Source of the DNA: Amphiscolops sp. MND2022
Lineage: Eukaryota
Length of the DNA stretch: 64,000 bases
Assembly (NCBI GenBank): GCA_964187785.1
Contig: OZ076409.1
Location: 36,086,001 to 36,150,000 of the forward strand
Direction of reading: 5' to 3'
Shown here: positions 52,968-64,000 of the stretch, in pieces
Layout: each line of letters opens with the position of its first letter
Numbering within the stretch: position 1 is the stretch's first letter
The notes under the pieces: generated by a model
Databases searched by the model: none
What the model was told of the DNA's origin: nothing
What the model saw: the letters and a program-made list of their open reading frames with translations, nothing else
Program-made: the position numbers and the translations under genes

Positions 52968-53124
52968 TTGGAAGGTACTCTGCATTTTATTCCTTCTGTA
53001 AGTTAAGTGACCTGCCTGAAAGGGGCTGTGTTCACTCGAATAGTTCATAACCAATTAAACTATTTTGTTACTTTCTGAGTGTCCTGCCTGAAAGGGGCTG
53101 AGCACACTTAAACACTCTCTTGAA

Positions 53125-55132
53125 ATGTCAACGACTGATGCTTTGAAAAGATTAATGGCCTCGCGTAAGGCTCACAAGGGTATTGTTACCCGCAAAAGGA
53201 ATGAGTTTGATTCCATATTTGCTAAATCCACTGATGACGTAACATCTGAAGATAAAATTTTGGTAGAAGCTGTTCTTGAATCACTCCTGGAAAAATCTAA
53301 GGTATTCGATCAGTTAAACTTGGAAATTTTGAATGATACACAAAACACTGACGAAGCTCTAGAGGCAGAAGTAATCATTCAAGATGAAAATGGTACTAAA
53401 TTGAAGGGTCTGATAAAATCCATGCAAAAATGGATCTCGGAGCATTCCGCAGATACCGCAGATGATGAGATGTCTTCGATTAGTTCTTCTCACCATAGTC
53501 ATCGAGATAATAATGTCCGTTTACCAAGAATTAAGCTACCGACATTCGATGGACAATACAAAGATAGGAAAACTTTTTTCGACATGTTCAAAGGAACAGC
53601 CCATGATCATCCTACGCTAACGAAAGTCCAGAAACTCTATTAATTAAAAGGAGCTTTGAATGGCGAAGCCAAGCGTGTTCAGGCACATTTGCCAACTACT
53701 GAAGCTAATTACGACGTGGCTTTGAAACTTTTTCAAGATCGGTACGACAACCAGTTTCTCATTACAAAGGCTCACCTGAGCAACATTTTTAAAATCGATC
53801 CAATGAAGAAAGAATGCCCGGAAAGTCTGCGGAAACTCATTGGCGTTTTCAATGAAAATGAGATGGCTTTAAACGCTTTGGGCCTTGGTACGAAAGCTTC
53901 TGACTTCATGTGGATCCATATTTTGGCCGGAAAACTTGACTCGGAAACTGCTAAAGAGTGGCAACTTACAAACGTTGACGGTAAGTTGCAAAGTATGAAC
54001 GCATTGAGAAAATTTCTTGAACTTCGAGCTAGAGCTCTTGAAGCTTCTGGTCGAACATTAGAACAAAAACGCGAACCCATGAAAGAGAATGGAAAAGAGA
54101 AACCAGATGATGCTTGCCAGAGTTTCCAGTCAATATCTGTTTCGTCACGACACGGTGTCCTTTCTGTAAACAATCGCACCGAATATATGTCTATTCGAAA
54201 GTCTTAGCCTTGCCTGTTGTCGAAAAGTATGAGCAAATCAAAAAAAACTTAGGCTGTGTTTCAATTGTTTGAAGGATGGGCACTGTATCAAAGGTTGCAA
54301 CTCCAAGTCCTCATGTCAGAAATGTGAAAAGAAGCATCATACTTTATTACATCGCGATGAGCCTAATTCTCCAAAATTCAGTGTCAATGGTGTCATCTCT
54401 GATAAAGCCAAATTTTCCGGACACCAACGAGAAGCGAAGTACACTACTTTGTTACCTACTGCCATTGTGTCCGTTATCAACTCGCATAATGAACTTGTAC
54501 AATGCCGAGCCTTGTTAGATTGTGGTTCGCAACTAAGTTTCGTTACACAGCACCTAGCGAAGCAACTGAACTTGAATCAAACGAAAGTGCAGTTGAATCT
54601 GAGTGGTATTGGTGGAAAGGCAAATGATGTAAAAGCTGGTCGTGAACCAGACTTTCACCTTGCCAAATTAGTTGATATGATTCTCGGTGCAGACGTCTTC
54701 GAAGAGTTGATTGAAAATCAAAGAGAGGAAATATCGCCCAGATTGTTCTTGAAGACCACTTTTGGTTGGATAATTCTCGGTAAGCAACCAGGAATAAATG
54801 ATGGGTTTGCTTCTTGTCATTTTTCCCTAGATGAAACTGTCCGAAAATTTTGGGAAATCGAAAGTTTACCACAATAAAAATTGCTAAGTTATGAAGAAGT
54901 TGCTTGTGAAGAACACTTCGAAGAAACAACAACAACAGTCGTTGATAATAGATTCGTAGTGAAATTGCCCTTCAAAAAAGATGCTGATTTAGGTGATAGA
55001 TTCACCCGAGCTAAGCAACATTTTGACTCAGTGGAACGCCGTTTGAACAGAGATCGTAGTCTCAGACAAAAATATGCTGATTTCATTGATGAATTTCTTT
55101 CTTTTGGCCATATGGAAATCATTCGTTTGTAG
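53125..55132 (+). pseudogene. BEL/Pao gag, aspartic protease and pre-RT remnant (stops, frameshifts)
   Basis: 'RLPRIKLPTFDG...QKLY*LKGAL.GEA' (DUF1759-type gag); Zn knuckles 'CFNCL..GH...C....C..C...HHTLLH'; protease 'RALLDCGSQLSF'; 'KFWEIE...CEEHF...RFVVKLPFK'. Confidence 0.92.
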
Positions 55133-56306
55133 TTTGGGCAATTCAAGCTATAATGAATTGAAGAAATTTCCGTTTTTGATCCCTGAGAACTCGCATTTGG
55201 CTCCTTTGATTGTTCGCCCTTTTCATGAAGAAACACTTCATGGTGGGGGGGGGGGCAAACGACTCGAGCTGCTCTCAGAGAGCATTTTTGGATAATTGGA
55301 GTAAAACCCTTGATAAATAAAATAATCCAGAAATGTTGTCGCTATTTATTGAAGGCTCCATTTCAACTTATGGCAGATTTACCTGCTGAACGCGTTACAC
55401 CAGCAAGGCCTTTTTCATTAGGTGGCCTCGACTTCGCTGGGCCTTTTGCCCAAATTGCCTGAAACTGAAGATCAAAAAAGGTATATTGCCTTATTTGTGT
55501 GTTTCGTCACGAAGGCAGTACATCTTGAACTGGTTTCGAGTTTGACTAAAGAAGCATGCATCATGGCTTTGAAAAGATTCTCATCCAGACGCGGTACACC
55601 CACTAAATTGTTCAGCAATAACGGCTTGAACTTCATCGGAGCCAGAAATGAACTTTTGAAACTCGAAGAGATTCTGGCCAGCCGTGATGAGGAATCTGTC
55701 TTTGCATATGCCAACCAAAAAGGTTCAGAATGGATTGTAATACCGCCTCGAGCACCACATTTCGGTGGATTATGGGAAGCGGGAATCAAAAGTATGAAAA
55801 GGCACTTACACGTCGTGTTGTTGGGCAACAGAAACTAACGAATGAAGAGCTTCTGACTGTCCTGCATCAGGTGGAAGCTGTTATAAACTCCAGACCGTCA
55901 ACACCGTTATCATCGGATCCAAACGATCTAATACCCTTATCACCCGCCCACTTCCTTATAGGTGGACCATTCTCACCTCAGGCGATAAGCAACCAGCAAT
56001 GTACGTTGCGGACACGATTCCGAATAATCCAACAGATTCAAAAGGAATTTTGGGAAGCTTGGGAGCGTGATTTTCTCAATACTTCAAGTTCGAAAGAAAC
56101 AGTTTAACAATGGACCAGAAATCAAATGTGGCGATTTGGTCCTTCTGGCCGAAGATAAGCTTAAACCCCTGCAATGGAAGACAGGCCGTGTTATAGAAGT
56201 ATATGCAGGCAACGATAGTGTCACAAGAGTTGTGAAAGTGAAAACATCAGTCGGAGAGACAATACGACCTGTCGTGAAGCTCAGAAAGCTTCCAATTGAG
56301 GAATGA
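55133..56306 (+). pseudogene. BEL/Pao integrase and C-terminal domain remnant
   Basis: 'MADLPAERV', 'GLDFAGP', 'KAVHLELVSSL', 'APHFGGLWEAG', 'INSRP', 'WKTGRVIEV..G.D...RVVKVKT...RPVVKL'. Confidence 0.92.
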
Positions 56307-56369
56307 TTTTCATGTGTTTTGGTGGTGCATAATTTGATTATAAACATTTATAGATCAAGGGGTGCGTTA

Positions 56370-56574
56370 TGTTGAGAATTATTTATCTTTTCATGATTTG
56401 ATTCAACATTTCATGTTGATTTCTCACTTTTACTGCTTTTTGCCGCTTTGACTTCTTCATTGTTTTTGTTCTGACTTCTAACTTCAATACAAGTATCCTA
56501 CGTCTAGAAAGTTTTGCTATCTAAGCAATAGCATACCAAAAGCAGCTGTCTTGCCACAGTATTCAGAAAAAACA
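56370..56574 (+). repeat. 3' LTR of BEL/Pao element
   Basis: Preceded by a PPT-like AAGGGG and followed by the TSD GCATC. Confidence 0.95.
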
Positions 56575-58100
56575 GCATCCACATTTGGAACTAGCACCCT
56601 CATTATTTGAATAGAGGAGAATAAGGACCCGTGATAATGACCCTTCGAATTCGCTCGTTTGAATGTAATGAAAAATTCCGATAATGTTTCAGCTCACAGA
56701 AATACTGAAAAAAACTGAATTACATTCGGACTCCAAATATGTGAGGGCCGGTGTTCACAGGTAGCGAACACAAAGCACCGAATCGAAAAACCGCTTAAGG
56801 CTCAAAATGTGCTCAGAGTGGCTTCAAGCAAATTCTCAGTATCAAAAAATTCAAAGGCATTGAAAAACGCTTTTCTCTGACTGGAATCGTCGAAAAATAT
56901 CACTTGGTGAAAAACACCAATTGGTGTATACCAAAGGGATACAAATTGAACAAAAAGTGGACCACTGACAAAAAGGACAGAAATTGCCTCTGTAAGAGTC
57001 GGACGCTTTTTGAAATACAAAAGCCGCCGACTAAAACCTAGGGAATGAAACACCGCTAGAGAATAATTTGTCATGGAAAAAGTAGCAATGCTGAAAAAAC
57101 ACTGTCAAAGAAAAGGAACTTCAAAGGCAAAGAAACCACAACACGTCACGTCTATGTGCATTTACTACATCGAAAGCATGAAGTTTTTCAATATCAACTT
57201 TTCAAATAGATTTAACGTCATATAGTTGTGTCAATACAACTTAAGTTACAACATAACCTAACATAACTTTTCATATAAAAAACATGTACAAGGTGAAAGC
57301 AAGTCTAGATATCTTCAATATTTTTCAATGAACGTCCCGGAATTGTGTCGAATGGTTTCAAAGTCAAACGGTCACGATCATCATTTTCAGCAGCAATGTC
57401 ATTATTCCTTCATTGAAATCCTGTTGACGAGTATTTCAAGCCACGAATGAGAAGCTAATTAGAGCATTTACAAGCAAATAACCGGGACGAGGGATAATTT
57501 ACTTTCATCATTATCCCAGTTTTGAACGGAAACCAACCGTTATCTCAGATAAGTATACCGTAGCTTCCTTCTCAATTAGGCCCTTAACCCGGTAAAAGTA
57601 TGATAATTTTGAAGACAAAACTTTAATGTTGCTGGGTGACTTTCAAATGCTAATCAGAATTACAGACGCCAATCAAAAGACAGACTGAAAGAGGGCTTTA
57701 ATTGAGAGCCAGAAGAACGGATAAAAAAGGGATCAAACGTGGAGACAGAAGAAAATATCATGTTGAAGTATCTCGCCATTCTTGGCATCAAATTACGTGT
57801 GTTGGTCTTTGAAATCCAGCTTCAATTATGCGTCAAATTTCACTGCACAGGTTTGTGCATGAAAACCCAGACGTTTACATGTACGCAATTTACCACATCA
57901 CTCCCTAAAGGGAAGGTCTAATATACCAATCAACTCAAAAGACCAACAAAGCATCAAGGCCTTTCCCTAGAATTGTCGCCTCGTTAAATATGATTTAAAT
58001 GAAGCCATAACTCTTACACTTGAATGATTTAGGAAAACTAGGATGTAAAAAGTGGAAACGCATCTTCATGAAAATTTCTGGCAAAATTGGATGTTGAAAG

Positions 58101-58566
58101 CAGTGAATTGACGTCGGTTCATGTACCGTACCGGAATACACGAATTTTCTAGTACCGTTACACGAACTACCGATTTACACGATTTACTCAAAATACACGA
58201 TTTACACGAGAATATGAAGCAATTTCATCGACTTCCGAAATGAGAATAAAAATTACTCGGCGTTCGCTCGCTGGCCTACAAAAAATATCTGGGAAAGGGA
58301 TGAAATGATCCTGACATTCTGGCGAAAAGGAACTGAAACGAGGGATCAAACATCTAGTTCTGGCCATTCAGGTCAGTTCTGTCTCAGTGGAAAGTATGTT
58401 TTCTTTCCGTAATTTGAGATGTGATGACAGACGAAACAGACTTTTACCAACGAATTTGAAAAAGACTGTTAAAACGCGTTGCTTTTTCGTACACGATACC
58501 GATGCTTTATGGGGAAGTATACGAAAAACACGATACACGGTTTTCAGTACACGAGTCAATTCACTG
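58101..58566 (+). mobile_element. hAT deletion derivative with a remnant of the transposase C-terminal dimerisation domain
   Basis: TIRs CAGTGAATTGAC...GTCAATTCACTG; perfect 8-bp TSD GTTGAAAG; internal 'LAIQVSSVSVESMFS...DDRRNRL'. Confidence 0.88.
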
Positions 58567-59056
58567 GTTGAAAGATGATATTGAAAGTGACGATGAGATA
58601 GAAAAAGTGCACAAATTTTTCAAGACGTGCGTTAATATCAACGTAGATGGAGATATTGAAATAAATGAGGTGCATGAAAAACAAGACATGAGCGAGGTCT
58701 GCTGCCATGATAGCTATTATAATTGTTCCTGGATCTAAGCACAAGTATTGAATGATCAATTACTATGAGTGACGTCAATCAAACAACTGGCTGTTGATTA
58801 TGCAGTTAGTCAAAGACAATATAAACGGGTGCCAAGAATATACAAACAAAACAAGCTGATGTCTTTACATGTCAAATAAATCATTCTGATACCTGATGAT
58901 TTCTCATTTCCTGAAAAAAGCACACATTCATTTAAACTGCATTCTGCACAAGAAATGGAAACATTTCGACATCACTAACATTTTTAGCCAAATTAAAAGA
59001 TAATGGTCGCACATTAACTAAAGGGACAAGCATGCAAGAACATGAACATGTGTTAC

Positions 59057-59166
59057 CTCTGCATGGTACTCGTCGTTCTGAGTGAGCACCTCGCAGCACA
59101 GTTCCGCCAGACGGATGACTCGTTCTAGTCTTTGACGAGGAGTTGGTTCATCGTTTGCAGCCGGAT
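59057..59166 (-). CDS. CADPS: CAPS/CADPS coding exon (most 5' exon in window; upstream exons outside window): (D)PAANDEPTPRQRLERVIRLAELCCEVLTQNDEYHAE
   Basis: Matches the CAPS segment 'IRLAEL..EVLQQNEEHHAE'. tttAG acceptor and GTAAC donor; 110 nt = 2+36x3, ending in phase 0. Confidence 0.92.
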
Positions 59167-60819
59167 CTAAATTACATAAAATATAATTATAATACAATAA
59201 TATTAATAGGCCGCTGCGGGGCACAATATTATTTCTGTTTTTATGTTCAATAATAGAAGCATATCTCAATCATTTATATAGCGCACAATTATTCACTCTA
59301 CCAGTTTACACCACCTTTAATTCTTCTCGGACTAAAGAAAATATAACTACTAAGCGTAAACGAAGTTTCGCATTCGCAATTGAATGCAGACAAAGCTCTC
59401 GGCGAACGAATAATTAACACTCGTTCGTTTTATCTCAATAACTCGGCGTACGAAAGCATAATTACCAGTCGCTCGTTCCATCGCACGAGAAACGAATTGT
59501 TGTCGACAGCTTGAGAAATTTAAATCTCACGCTTTTACTCACTGCCGAACAAAATATCTGAATTTTTCAGTAGGCACTCGGAATCACGACGAAAATTGAG
59601 CTGAAAAAAAGTTGCATAATTCAGATTTCTATATAATTCCTGCTATCGCAGAAATAATGATAATGGATCCAGGATAACTCGTTTATAAGAAAAAACAAGG
59701 AGTACCTCAGCCCCTGCTGCCAATTCACTTCCTTATAACCCGCCGCATATAAGAAAGTTCGATTATAAAACACCACTGGTCGTTCTGTTGACGTTGATTA
59801 TATCCGGGATCCACTGTACCAGAAAAGGTTTTGAAAAACGCATTGCTCGATTAACGAAAGCCTTGGGCCATATAAGTTCAAGAATGAGGAGTGTTGTGTT
59901 GTTGATAAAATGTCATACAAGTCAAACTAAGCAAGTATTAAACGCGGTGTTTTAACGAGAACCCGTCGGGCACAGCAGACGCTAATACCCTACAGGCCCA
60001 TGGAGATCTTGTTTGTTGGATTTATCCAAACCACTTATTGGTTATTCATTTTCCATGATCGTTTTTCCAACCATCAGCATTGAGAGTTTTCTCAACTCAT
60101 GCCATGATTGGCCAGCAAATGGTTGTTTCTACGAAGATATAGCAAAAGCTAGCAGTAAATTTATAGTTTAGTAGTAACACAAGATGAATGGGCCTGGATA
60201 AATTTTAAAAATCATATTAGAAAATTCTTTGATGCAAGGAGTTCAACATTAATTTCAAACAAAAACAAGAAGTAAAACAACCCAATTTTACTCAATCCCG
60301 TTGTTGGCACCCCTGCGTGAACTTTGCTCGGACCAAGTGTCCTATTAACCCTCCCCTTAGCCGTCGCGAGGGGGAAAAGAAGCAAGGTACAAATACCATT
60401 ATGTCGACATCGTTTACGCTGAACTTTTGGACAAATTGAGTAACTGATGTCGACAATTATGTCTTTTACATTAATTTACAGTTGAAAGTTGCTCATTGTA
60501 ATTTATGGCAGAGAAAAATTGAGTTAAAAATAGGGGGTTTCCTATACAGTTTTAACTCGTTCCAGAGGTGAATTTCTGCTTTTTCTCAAAAAATATCAAA
60601 AAATCCGGATGATTTTTTGCTTTAAGTGGCGAAACAACTATAGAGACAATCCGCTAAGATTTAAAGCCATATCAATTTCTTTCATTAAGTTTTTTCAAGC
60701 ATAAAAGTAGCTTTTGTGTTGGGGGAAACTCATTATTACATTGCCTATACCCAGAACTACAATGTAAAAGGAACAGAATTTAAGTCCTTGTCTAGTAGAA
60801 TTTATGATTTGATGGATTT

Positions 60820-61223
60820 TATGAAGGGGGACCTTTGAAGCATTAAAAAATTTTTGAATAAAATGAAAATTGAGAAATTTGAAGTCTCAGTGCCGAAAAA
60901 TTTGAAAAGGGGTCTCTTTGGGGTTTTTTAACATCCATTCTGTTGCAAATTATCATGAAATTCAAGGGTGATCCTTTGGAGACATCGAAAAATTTTCGGA
61001 AAAAGGGGAAAGTCTCATAGTGTCGAAAAAAGCGGAAAGTGGACCCTTCTGCTTTGGAATGGTTTTTCATTTCATGTTCGAGACTTTGGATGCGTTCAAA
61101 ATGAAGTACTAAGTACTGATAAAAGTGCATAATGCACAAAAAGTGGACCGGTCGCGTTGAAATGACGAAAAAAATTAGCCACTGTAAGAGTCGTGCTTTT
61201 TATCCGAAAACGCCGACTAAAAA
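60820..61223 (-). mobile_element. Truncated HINE-like element
   Basis: Family interior and terminal CACTGTAAGAGTCG...CGCCGACTAAAAA. Confidence 0.7.
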
Positions 61224-62288
61224 TAGCGATGTCAAAACTCTGGTTAACACCATGACGCAGAATTCAAATATGAATTTTTCAATATCTTCGCAGCAAAAAC
61301 TTTTCTAGCCTTAGACTAGGGAGGAGATTATGAACAATTTGACGTCGCATCACTTTCAAGCCAGGTGCTTTCCAATTTCATTTCTGACGGCAGCGTGCCA
61401 GTTTGAACTGGAAATTGATGAGAAGTAGAATTTTGATCACTCATACAAGCTAGATAATTGGATGTCATAAATGATCTATAACTACATCGAAAATCCTCGT
61501 TAGAAAATCGCTTGAAGTATTTTTGATTTTGTAAATTATTTAATCTTATATAAAACTAAGATTGCTCGCAGAAATATGCGATCACCCACGTTGAGCGACT
61601 GTTTTCTCAAGAACGCCTGTTGACTTCAGAACGAATGAAATTCCACATTATAATGCTTTGTTGCTCGGCAGTTGGCTCAATGATTATAGGCCTGCGTTGC
61701 AGGGTATACCCTTTTTAACCTTAACTTAGCCAATGTGCCAAATTTGGCACATTTAGTTTCTGCAAATTCTTAACGCACCAGCTGATTGTATGGTAAAGCA
61801 AACCCTTTAATAAGAGTTTCAGACAAAATTGCATAGCATTCGGCGCCTTTTCACGGAAAATTGACGTGATGTCTTCAAAATCCAGAAAATGAGGCGAAAA
61901 AAATCAAAAGAAAAATAAGTGCCGTTTTCCCAGTTTTCGTTTGTGCCCCTTTTATCAACATTGGGTCAAAGCGGCCCCAGCATGTTTTGAAACATGCTGA
62001 AAAGCAAGCAGAGACACGACGCGTGCAAAGTTCGGAGCCAGTGCGGCGAAGCCGCACGCCAGCGGAGAACTTCGCGCAAAAAACTTTGCACGCAAGGGGC
62101 CCGCGCTAGCGGGCCCCAAGCCCAGCAGTTTAAAAATTGATTTGAAAGCCCCAATGCTCCTCTTTCGAACGCTGTATAAATCGTTTGTCGGACTTGTATA
62201 GTTCAGGAGATATTGCGGTTTAAAGTTGAAGCACCCGATTTTTGGATGGAACCAGATTTTTCCTGGCCAACTCAAGGTTAATCAAGGT

Positions 62289-62760
62289 TTTTGGTCGGCG
62301 TTTTCTTACAGGGGGGTCTAGTTTTTTCGTCAGTTCAACGCGATCGGTCCACTTTCTGTACATTGTGCACTTTTACAATTAAGTACTTGATTTTGAACGC
62401 ATCCAAAGGCTCTAACATGTAATACAAAACAATTCCAAAGCAAAAGGGCCCTCTCCACTTTTTCGGATTGCGTTTTACTAAGAAGGATGTTTACGAACAA
62501 AAAAAGCGCTCGCATTTGTCTCAGCACGCTATATACGAACTTCTGAAGCGTTTTCGGAGCACGAAAAGCACCTTTTGGGTGTTTCGAAACTTTTGAGTTT
62601 TTCATAAACGTCCTGAGCCTATTTTTAAAACTTTGCGCTTTTTGAGCCTTAGGTATTGCGCCGACTTGAGACGTTCCCGTTTTGTTTTAGTATAAAGAAA
62701 GAATGATAGTTTGATAGAATGATAGATATAGCGCCGACTGTAGACGTTCCCGTCTTGTTT
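62289..62760 (+). mobile_element. HINE-like element (62289-62688) followed by an extra hairpin terminus (62723-62760)
   Basis: GCGCCGACTTGAGACGTTCCCGTTTTGTTT followed by GCGCCGACTGTAGACGTTCCCGTCTTGTTT. Confidence 0.72.
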
Positions 62761-62764
62761 GCTG

Positions 62765-62935
62765 TAATTTCAGGATTATACCACTGGTTTTTCGGTAATT
62801 TTAGATCTTATTCTGGTGTTTTTCCGGTTATTTTATTTCCTATTCCGGTGTTCTTTGGGTGACTTTAGATCTTATTCCAGTGGTTTTTCGGTAATTTTAG
62901 ATAATATTCTAGTGGTTCTTCGGTAATTTTAGATG
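62765..62935 (+). repeat. Short tandem repeat (TATTCxxGTGGTTTTTCGGTAATTTTAGAT, ~30-32-bp units)
   Basis: About five imperfect units visible. Confidence 0.7.
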
Positions 62936-63344
62936 TAAATGTATGATCAATTCGGCGACTGCTATTCGTCATCAAGAAGGTGGTTTCCCAAATGCAGGAG
63001 CGAAGCGAAGCGGAGCGACGTGCCATATGGCCATGCCTCAATGTTGCTACTTGGCGAAGGGAGCGAAGATGCGATTTGGCTCGAATTTGAACGATCACAA
63101 GATGATAAAAGAGAAAAACGCAAACTGTCCCTGGGAAAATCGGTAGTTGTGGAGAGAATGAAAGATCATTGGCATTTTGTCTCAGACTTTTGCAGTGATT
63201 TTCAGTTTAGAGTTTTACATTTTAGATATGTTTTAGATTTTTGTGTTTATGAATTCAAATTGAGATTTCGAGTTTTCGACATGTTTTTGACAAGCAATTT
63301 TTATGTTTAAAACGTTGAATTTTTACAGAATCGTTTTTTCCCGA

Positions 63345-63545
63345 ACCCTGAGGGTAACCAACCTTTGGGGACCTTTCATCGACGGCCCTCCAATGGCCCA
63401 CCAATGGTCCATCGGTGGCCCACCGATTCCCACCTATAGCCCATCGGTGGCCACCATTACCCACCGGTGGGCCACCGCAAAAACTGTTACGGCCACCGAT
63501 GGAACTGCGGTGGAAGATCGGTGGCCACCGATGGATTTCCCTGGG
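63345..63545. repeat. Small GC-rich MITE-like element with CCACCGATGG/CCATCGGTGG repeats
   Basis: Repeated palindromic decamers between CCCTGAGG and CCCTGGG ends. Confidence 0.5.
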
Positions 63546-64000
63546 TTGTCAACTCGGGCAAGGACCAACACGAAGATACAGTAGCGTTCTAAAATATCGC
63601 AACCTCATTGCCTAAAATGCCAAACTCAAAATCAAATATCTCGTAAACTGTCACGAATACAGAAATTTGCCAGCCACAAAAGCTTCCTAAAACTTTATCA
63701 AGTTTACAAAAATGTTTGTTTGAAATTTCTACGACCCATACTGAAAAAGTTAGAAAATGCAAATTTTAGAAAATTTTAATTGAAATTAGTGTTTTTCCGA
63801 AAATTGAGTATCTTGGAATTGAAATTTTTGTATTTTTTCCATTCGAATGCTCTTTATGATCTCCAGAACATACTGAATTGTTTTGATCGAGAATTTGTTT
63901 CGAACCAAAGAAAATGCGCTCTATTTTGTGTCTTTGAGCACTGCAGTAAATGTATTAAGATAGGCTTTAAGAATTGTAGTTCGAAAATTGATTTGAAATA

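Larger units (their letters stand above)
52084..56574 (+). mobile_element. BEL/Pao LTR retrotransposon, internally deleted (no RT core or RNase H) and degenerate
   Basis: TG...CA LTRs at 52084-52286 and 56370-56574; 5-bp TSD GCATC (52079-52083, 56575-56579); PBS directly after the 5' LTR; BEL-type gag, protease and integrase remnants. Confidence 0.95.

Noticed and set aside
53006..53109. Hammerhead ribozyme upstream of gag
   Set aside because: GAAA is present but there is no CUGANGA core in the required arrangement.
53772..55828. Minus-strand ORFs over the BEL element
   Set aside because: Antisense shadows of gag/pol coding sequence.

Overview
AT-rich, repeat-dense animal (invertebrate) genomic DNA, not prokaryotic. 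The whole window lies inside one large minus-strand gene for CAPS/CADPS (calcium-dependent secretion activator). Nine coding exons of its MHD1/C-terminal half, including a probable 27-nt microexon, splice in frame across GT-AG introns of up to 29.6 kb. The 29.6-kb intron (1475-31077) holds three antisense nested gene models: a 181-aa universal stress protein, a probable 113-aa orphan membrane protein and a probable multi-pass membrane protein (tentatively TLC-like). The introns are filled with transposons: a very abundant Helentron/HINE-like family with structurally conserved terminal hairpins and mosaic, partly tRNA-derived cargo; Merlin-like and hAT MITEs with 8-bp TSDs; a decayed CRE-like non-LTR element; a 3.1-kb tandem duplication; and a BEL/Pao LTR retrotransposon (52084-56574). 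The BEL/Pao element lacks RT/RNase H but has an extra SGNH/GDSL-hydrolase-like ORF and twin GNRA hairpins upstream of gag. All assignments come from reading motifs by eye; no searches were run.
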